From Zygophlyctis sp. KS116 (Eukaryota; Fungi; Chytridiomycota), in the NCBI GenBank assembly GCA_054661495.1, contig BAAFSQ010000264.1, positions 1-13,740 on the forward strand: a stretch of DNA of 13,740 nucleotides. The letters run 5' to 3'. The translations under genes and the position numbers were made by a program. Every line of letters begins with the position of its first letter. Positions within the stretch are counted from its first letter, which is position 1. Below the pieces are notes generated by a model. The model worked only from the letters and a program-made list of their open reading frames with translations. It did not search any database and was not told the DNA's origin. This document shows positions 8,697 through 13,740 of the stretch, piece by piece.

Positions 8697-8918
8697 ATGG
8701 CCCCTATTTTGTTAATTTTATACCTCGCATCTTATGATTCAATTCTTCATTCTCAGCCTAACAATTATATTTGCGGTTTTCAAAATCAGCATCAATTTGG
8801 GGGAAATAATTTCAAAGGTTTCCATGGCGTTTGGGAACCTTTATTCAGAAGTTTGTATGACAAGGAGTACATGAACCTGAAAGACATATATAATTCCAGC
8901 AAAATAAGTTTGGACTAA
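8697..8918 (+). CDS. Possible 73-aa protein with a hydrophobic N-terminus, or a pseudogene fragment
   Basis: ATG at 8697 starts MAPILLILYLAS, 81 bp divergent from the CAB4 ATG. No homology recognised. Confidence 0.25.
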   Translation: MAPILLILYLASYDSILHSQPNNYICGFQNQHQFGGNNFKGFHGVWEPLFRSLYDKEYMNLKDIYNSSKISLD

Positions 8919-9255
8919 GACTTGTTCAGTGATATTTTAAATGTAATTTTTTATAATTTTATCTGCGCCGAAATTCAGAGATGTTGAATTAATTGTACAA
9001 GAGAAATATCGTCTCGTATATCAGAAATGTTCTTTTGAAGATGATGCGAAAACTAAGCCAGATGTAATACATGGCATAAAAGACTGCGCTCATGATTCAT
9101 TTTGGAGGCATTATGGAGGCGCTGTCAGATTTTGGTCCCTTTACTTTGCTACGGTAAACCGCAGAGGCTTCCTGCCGCTATCCAGTATAGCATCTTACTA
9201 GGCTATCCCGCTGTCAAACTCCTTTTGGGAGCCATCTAGGGTTAACCCCAAATTT

Positions 9256-10460
9256 CCCCACCAAGGTTTACTGTCATTTATTGGGATTAATATGCATTAT
9301 ATAGAGAAAGATCGGAAGGTAGTTTACAGCCTACTTGCATTTAAATATCTTGATGATGATCATGATGGGAAATCATTGTCAGAAGCTGTTATTTCAGTTT
9401 TTCAAGAATTTGAAATCTCTGATAACTTGATTAGAGTTACAGTAGATGAAGCATCAAACAATAATACCATGATGATGCATTTGAAAAACTATTAAATTCA
9501 GGATTTAGTGCAATTTGGAACCAAATTGAATGTTTGCCTCATGTGATTAATCTAGCTGCTCAGGACATTTTTAAAAACTTATGGCACACACAGATAATTA
9601 TATCGATTCCGATGAAAGTGATCAAATAGTTATACTATAATAAGAAAAATAAGAAAATCTCCAAAAATACGACGGGTGATGGCACGAAAATGCAAAGACA
9701 AAGATGTGATTTTTTACTTTAAGGTAAACGGTGATATTTTTAGTTCCCATTATCGATTTCAGAACAAGAAGGAATAGCACGCAGTATGGCATGCTTCAGC
9801 GAGCTAATATTATCAGGAATTATTTCTTATACTCTATACGCTCATATAGATAATTCACTGATTGCTTTATTGTTGAATGTTCATAACTGGGACTGTTTAA
9901 AAAATTTAATCGAACTTCTGGAACCTTTAAAGGAAGTAACATTACGTGCTTCTATAGGTAGTTTGGCTCTCTCTATTTGTGACGTCTTTCCTTATTTTAG
10001 TTTTTGCATCTACTAGAGGATGATATATACATTGTGTTAGAAGCTGCAGTTGACATAACAAACACTACTATGACAATATGTCTCAATAAAAAGGATTCTT
10101 GAAAAAATTGCCTAGGGTGGAAGGATAAATGGGTTGAGTCATCTATGATGATTTTCCTATCCGGATATGAATACTTTGAGGCCAATCTCAATTTGGAACA
10201 CATAAAATCAATGTAGAAGTTTCTGATAACTCTTTTAGTAGATATATGAAGAAAAAAGGGGCAAGTTTTAGTGGTGGTATGGAATGTGAATATATTAGAT
10301 ACCTCAATGCGCCATTAGCTCAAAATGATACTGATATTTTGGATTTTTGGAATGCAAATTATTGAATTATCCGATTTTAGCTGCAATGGCAAAGGGTGAT
10401 CTTTCAGTTCAAGGTTAGGGTTATAGTTTCCAGTGGAGTAGATTTGGTCACTCCTGATAT
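9256..10460 (+). mobile_element. Degenerate hAT (Ac-like) transposase remnant
   Basis: In order across stops and frameshifts: SFIGINMHYI..LLAFKYL..HDGKSL..VTVDEASNN; CLPHVINLAAQD (CxxH); DFRTRRNSTQYGMLQR (TRWNS-like); W..L..LLEPLKEVT; RYL..ILDFW..NYPILAAMAK..LSVQG..SSGVDLVTP (C-terminal dimerisation region). Confidence 0.85.
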
Positions 10461-10640
10461 ATGGAGTTAAATTTGATACATATGCCTGATTCCTGCCAGG
10501 CGAAAACGTAACATCATCACCCACGCTGGCTTCCCATTTGTATAGCCTGGTTAGGGTCCTTAGGCAAATCAAATCTGCAGCTGGGGGTTTTTTTTGCTTT
10601 TTATTTTTATGCTCTCAGAAACTTCCGCAAGAAAATAATG
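10455..10640 (-). mobile_element. Possible Helitron Rep fragment
   Basis: Frameshifted CRFDLPKDP followed by FSPGRNQAYVSNLTPYI resembles the CRF.FP...RN...N.YNP segment of Helitron Rep proteins. Short and recognised by eye only. Confidence 0.3.
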
Positions 10641-10959
10641 GGGTAGATTTCTTTTGATCAGCAGTGATATCATTCGTTTTGAACACGGATTCTCATAAAG
10701 ATCAAATCGATAGCTTGTCTATTCATCTAAGTATGATTCATAAGGTACTTCTAGAGGAAGGTATTAGCGAAATCATTTTCTCTAATCAACATGTTTATTT
10801 GCCTTCTTCCTTTGTGTTATTCCTCTCGGGATCCTTGAGTATGCCTAACTAATTCCTTTCCATTTCCTCGATAAAAAAAGTGGGATATTGTAGATTCCCT
10901 TTAAAAACGTAATCTTTATCAGAATATGTTTGTTTTTAGGCTATTCGTTCCTTAATACC

Positions 10960-11380
10960 GCCTCAATATCAGCCGTATCAATTAAATTCTTGACAATAAC
11001 TTATTTCCTAGCAAATTCACAATTCAATTAAACTGCGCATACCAAAGAGTGGCTACCGGGAGGGATAGACCTATTGGGCCCTTCTTAACTGGTATCCAAA
11101 GCTTTTTTGAAAAATGGGTCGGAATCAGGTATAACTATAAAATAATTGACCAGATGCTCTGACCGAAGGTTTAACCGACCATCCGTCACAATTGAATAAA
11201 TGGAGCATTATCCAAAAGTTTTTTGGCTAATTCGTTATAATTGTCATAACATTTATCCGAATGTTAGGGTTAAGCGTTTTCTAGTAAGATGGACGGAGTG
11301 TCTTTATGAGATTTTTAAATAATATGTTGCATCGATAAAAATACTCCACAACAGGTTTATCAATATTTTCCTTCTGCAGA
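10960..11380 (-). mobile_element. Second, different hAT transposase remnant (DUF659-like), internally deleted
   Basis: In order across frameshifts: IDKPVVEYFYRCNILF, NLIKTLRPSY, DKCY, SIVTDGRLNLRSEHLVNY (DGWSN-like), FFKKALDTS, then directly LPVATLWYAQ (TRW-like). Confidence 0.7.
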
Positions 11381-11688
11381 AACCAGGTCAGTTTTAGGGA
11401 TTCGGAAGTTCATTTTGAGGTTAAGATCTATGCAGTGACTTAGCGTTTAAATAGATTAATGGACCGAAAATATTTTTCATGACGTAGGTACCACTCTCCA
11501 ATAAATTTCAGTTGTAAACTTTCAACTTTGAAATTTCGGAATATATAAATGAGATTTAGGAACATTTAATGATATTAATGCATAATCAAGGAGAGATGCT
11601 CCATGTTGCTAACGAGGCTGAGTCCTTTTTCAATAAGTTATATTGCGTAAAAGAGATGAGAACAATTTCGTTCTATGTATTTGATAAA

Positions 11689-12024
11689 TATGCCTAATAT
11701 CAGTATGCTTTGTTCTCTCATGTTTGACCAGATTCTTTGCCAGTGCAATACACCCTTTATTATCTTCAAAAATAATCGTGGCCATCTTCTGTTTAAATTA
11801 AAATTTTTTAGAAATTTCTGAGCCAAATTACTTCTTGTATTGCAGCAGACAACGCCATGTATTCTGCTTCAGCTGTTGATAAAGCAACTGTAGCTTCTCT
11901 CTTCGACTTCCATGATACAGGTGCTCCACTCAAATAGGTAACCCGTTGTTGATCTTCGACTATCGAGATCACCTGCCCAGTCGGCATCTGAGTAACCAAT
12001 CGGCTTACATTCAGTCATGTTAAA
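11689..12024 (-). mobile_element. Ty1/copia retrotransposon remnant (RT scrap plus RNase H), frameshifted
   Basis: [65 protein letters not shown] and HERTKHTDIR. Confidence 0.92.
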
Positions 12025-12229
12025 TGTAACAAGTCTGGTTGTTGGCCTTTAGTATTCTCAAAGAACCTTAGAGAATTAAGAATAGATATTTATTTACCTT
12101 AGAGAATTAAGAATAGATATTTAATTCCTCTAAGGAACGCGAAGCGCGTTTTACTCTTTAATATTCAGTCGGAGTTTGAGCTTTTTGATCTTCCCCTTAG
12201 CCTTGACCATATCCGCAGGTACTGCTACA
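12025..12229 (-). repeat. Putative 3' LTR, 205 bp
   Basis: On the minus strand it starts TGTAGCA right after AGTGGGGG and ends TGTTACA (6/7 inverted match). It contains AATAAA, and copia homology resumes at the next base. The second LTR is outside the window. Confidence 0.78.
12065..12123. repeat. Two perfect 28-bp direct repeats inside the LTR, period 31
   Basis: ACCTTAGAGAATTAAGAATAGATATTTA at 12065-12092 and 12096-12123. Confidence 0.95.
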
Positions 12230-13740
12230 CCCCCACTGGTCAAGAGGTATTGATCAATTATTTCTTTGCAATTTTTGAGGTCTGCTGCGAATAACCACTG
12301 ACGAGTATCCCTATGTAAGCCTTTAAATTTAACTAAATATTGTAGATGATTTCTCCAGTGCCTATGATCTAGAACTTTATCAACTTCCCATTCCTCGTGC
12401 CCGTCAATAATGTGCGGAGCTGCTATATCACTAGTAGATCGTGAAAAATATTTCTTAAGCTTCGACACTGAAAAGACATTATGAATTTTTGTACTAAGGG
12501 GCAATTCTACCGTTGCATTCAATCCTTCGATGGCTAGTACTCGAAAAGGACCAATCCAAGGGGATAAGAGCTTTTTAGACACTTGGGAATCAGCAGACCA
12601 CTGAATGCCCTCCCGCTCGATCAATACCAGGTCTCCTTTTGCAATTGGAGAAGATTTCCGATGTAGATTATAATATTTGGCTTGATTATTCTGGGCTTTT
12701 TCTATGGACTTCCGGGCCAGGGCAACATTTACAGACCAATTTGGTGGTAAGCCTGACTCGATGGAGGCTCCTAAAGACTGAGGGTGGTCTCCATATACAA
12801 GAAAGAATGGTGTATATCCAGAGGAACAGCTAACCGAGTCATTGATATTGAACTCGAGGGAGGATATCACTTGGGGCCATTGGTTTGAGGTGAGCTCATA
12901 TTCTTCTAATACGGCTAGTAACATTGTTTTAACCGTACGTATTGTTCTCTCTACTTGTCCATTTGTCTGTTGGTGCCGTGCAGTGGCTAGATTTCTTTGG
13001 ATGCGCAGAGAAGCACATAGAGATTCCCAGAATTTGCTCGTTAATTTAGAGTCACGGTCAGAAACGATGACATTGGGGATTCCAAATCCGGCATCATGCC
13101 AGTATTGCTTAAATAGAAGAGCCATCTTAGGAGACGAATCAGTAGATTTACAAGGTATAAGTTTTACCAGTTTTGATATATAGTCTACAATGATCATAAC
13201 ACAATCTTTCCCTGATTTTGCTTTTGGAAGAAAGAACCAATCAATTCCAATAGTACTGAATCTTCTGTCAGGGATGATATGACTCTGAAGTAATCCGTCT
13301 GGTTTTCGATTGCGATTTTTAAAACGCTGGCAAAGATCGCAGGTTCTTATATAGGAAACAACGTCAGATCTTAACTCTGGCCAAGTATAAAATCGTTTCA
13401 AATTTGATACTGTTGCCTCCACACCCTGGTGTCCTCGATCATGGAAGGATTGGATAAGATGGTTCTGTGCCTTTGGCTCTCCTCCCAATTCTACAACTGA
13501 CACGTCCAATCTGGTACCATCAATTGTAAAGCAATCCAAAGACTGTATATCAGGATTATAGTTTGGTATTCTTTTCAAGCAAGATTGACATTTAGGGGAT
13601 ACCATAGGCTGGCGACTCAAGTAGTCGGCTACTGCGTTAAGCTTCCCAGGGAGGTATTCAATCGACAAATCATATTCCTGCAACTTCATCACCCACCTTA
13701 CTTGTCGTGGAGATAGTAATGCTTGCGATTGGAGCCAGAC
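12151..13740 (-). CDS. Gypsy pol polyprotein C-terminus: end of RNase H, integrase and chromodomain (5' partial)
   Basis: RQVRW..LQEYD..IEYLPGKLNAVADYLSR; HHCC finger (FHDRGH...CDLC); DDE core (IGIDW, VSDRD, QVERT); GPF motif (WIGPFRV); chromodomain EEWEVDKVLDHR...QYLVKFKG. The frame is open to the window edge, so 13692 is not the true start. Confidence 0.93.
   Translation of the reverse strand, partial: VWLQSQALLSPRQVRWVMKLQEYDLSIEYLPGKLNAVADYLSRQPMVSPKCQSCLKRIPNYNPDIQSLDCFTIDGTRLDVSVVELGGEPKAQNHLIQSFHDRGHQGVEATVSNLKRFYTWPELRSDVVSYIRTCDLCQRFKNRNRKPDGLLQSHIIPDRRFSTIGIDWFFLPKAKSGKDCVMIIVDYISKLVKLIPCKSTDSSPKMALLFKQYWHDAGFGIPNVIVSDRDSKLTSKFWESLCASLRIQRNLATARHQQTNGQVERTIRTVKTMLLAVLEEYELTSNQWPQVISSLEFNINDSVSCSSGYTPFFLVYGDHPQSLGASIESGLPPNWSVNVALARKSIEKAQNNQAKYYNLHRKSSPIAKGDLVLIEREGIQWSADSQVSKKLLSPWIGPFRVLAIEGLNATVELPLSTKIHNVFSVSKLKKYFSRSTSDIAAPHIIDGHEEWEVDKVLDHRHWRNHLQYLVKFKGLHRDTRQWLFAADLKNCKEIIDQYLLTSGGVAVPADMVKAKGKIKKLKLRLNIKE
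12230..12237 (-). other. Short polypurine tract candidate (AGTGGGGG)
   Basis: G-run immediately 5' of the TG that starts the LTR. Confidence 0.6.

Larger units (their letters stand above)
12025..13740 (-). mobile_element. Ty3/gypsy chromovirus, 3' part; continues beyond the window
   Basis: Uninterrupted pol frame, purine-rich tract and a TG...CA-bounded LTR candidate. Confidence 0.92.

Noticed and set aside
9237-11400. Scattered TTAGGG-like words as telomere seeds
   Set aside because: Isolated single units, some inside transposase-derived codons, with no tandem array.
12065-12123. 28-bp repeats as a CRISPR array
   Set aside because: Only two copies with a 3-bp gap, inside a eukaryotic LTR, and no cas genes.
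323-13183. Short ORFs at 323-550, 1511-1711, 1803-2054, 6827-7099, 6898-7161, 9997-10203, 10664-10852, 11638-11826, 12639-12833 and 12842-13183
   Set aside because: Shadow or alternate frames of identified genes or TE relics, with no recognisable motifs.

Overview
Eukaryotic, AT-rich DNA using the standard code, most likely from a flagellated (zoosporic) fungus: it has a fungal-type chorismate synthase and Cab4 plus the ciliary GTPase RABL2. The taxon is an inference. The left 8.6 kb is extremely gene-dense: a partial tRNA-Ser(UGA), a DEDDy exonuclease, ARO2, RABL2, an F-box gene, DRE2, an RCHY1-type E3 ligase and CAB4/PPAT, mostly 5-96 bp apart. Hand-splicing gives 17 candidate GT-AG introns of only 24-33 nt, seven of them 26 nt, many ending in AAG. 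Eight of these lie in conserved proteins. The same rule uncovers two small multi-exon coiled-coil genes (2949-3342 and 4604-5134) that the ORF track misses. The right 4.5 kb is a transposon graveyard: two different decayed hAT transposases, a possible Helitron scrap, a Ty1/copia remnant, and an intact-looking chromodomain Ty3/gypsy element whose 205-bp 3' LTR abuts the copia RT sequence.
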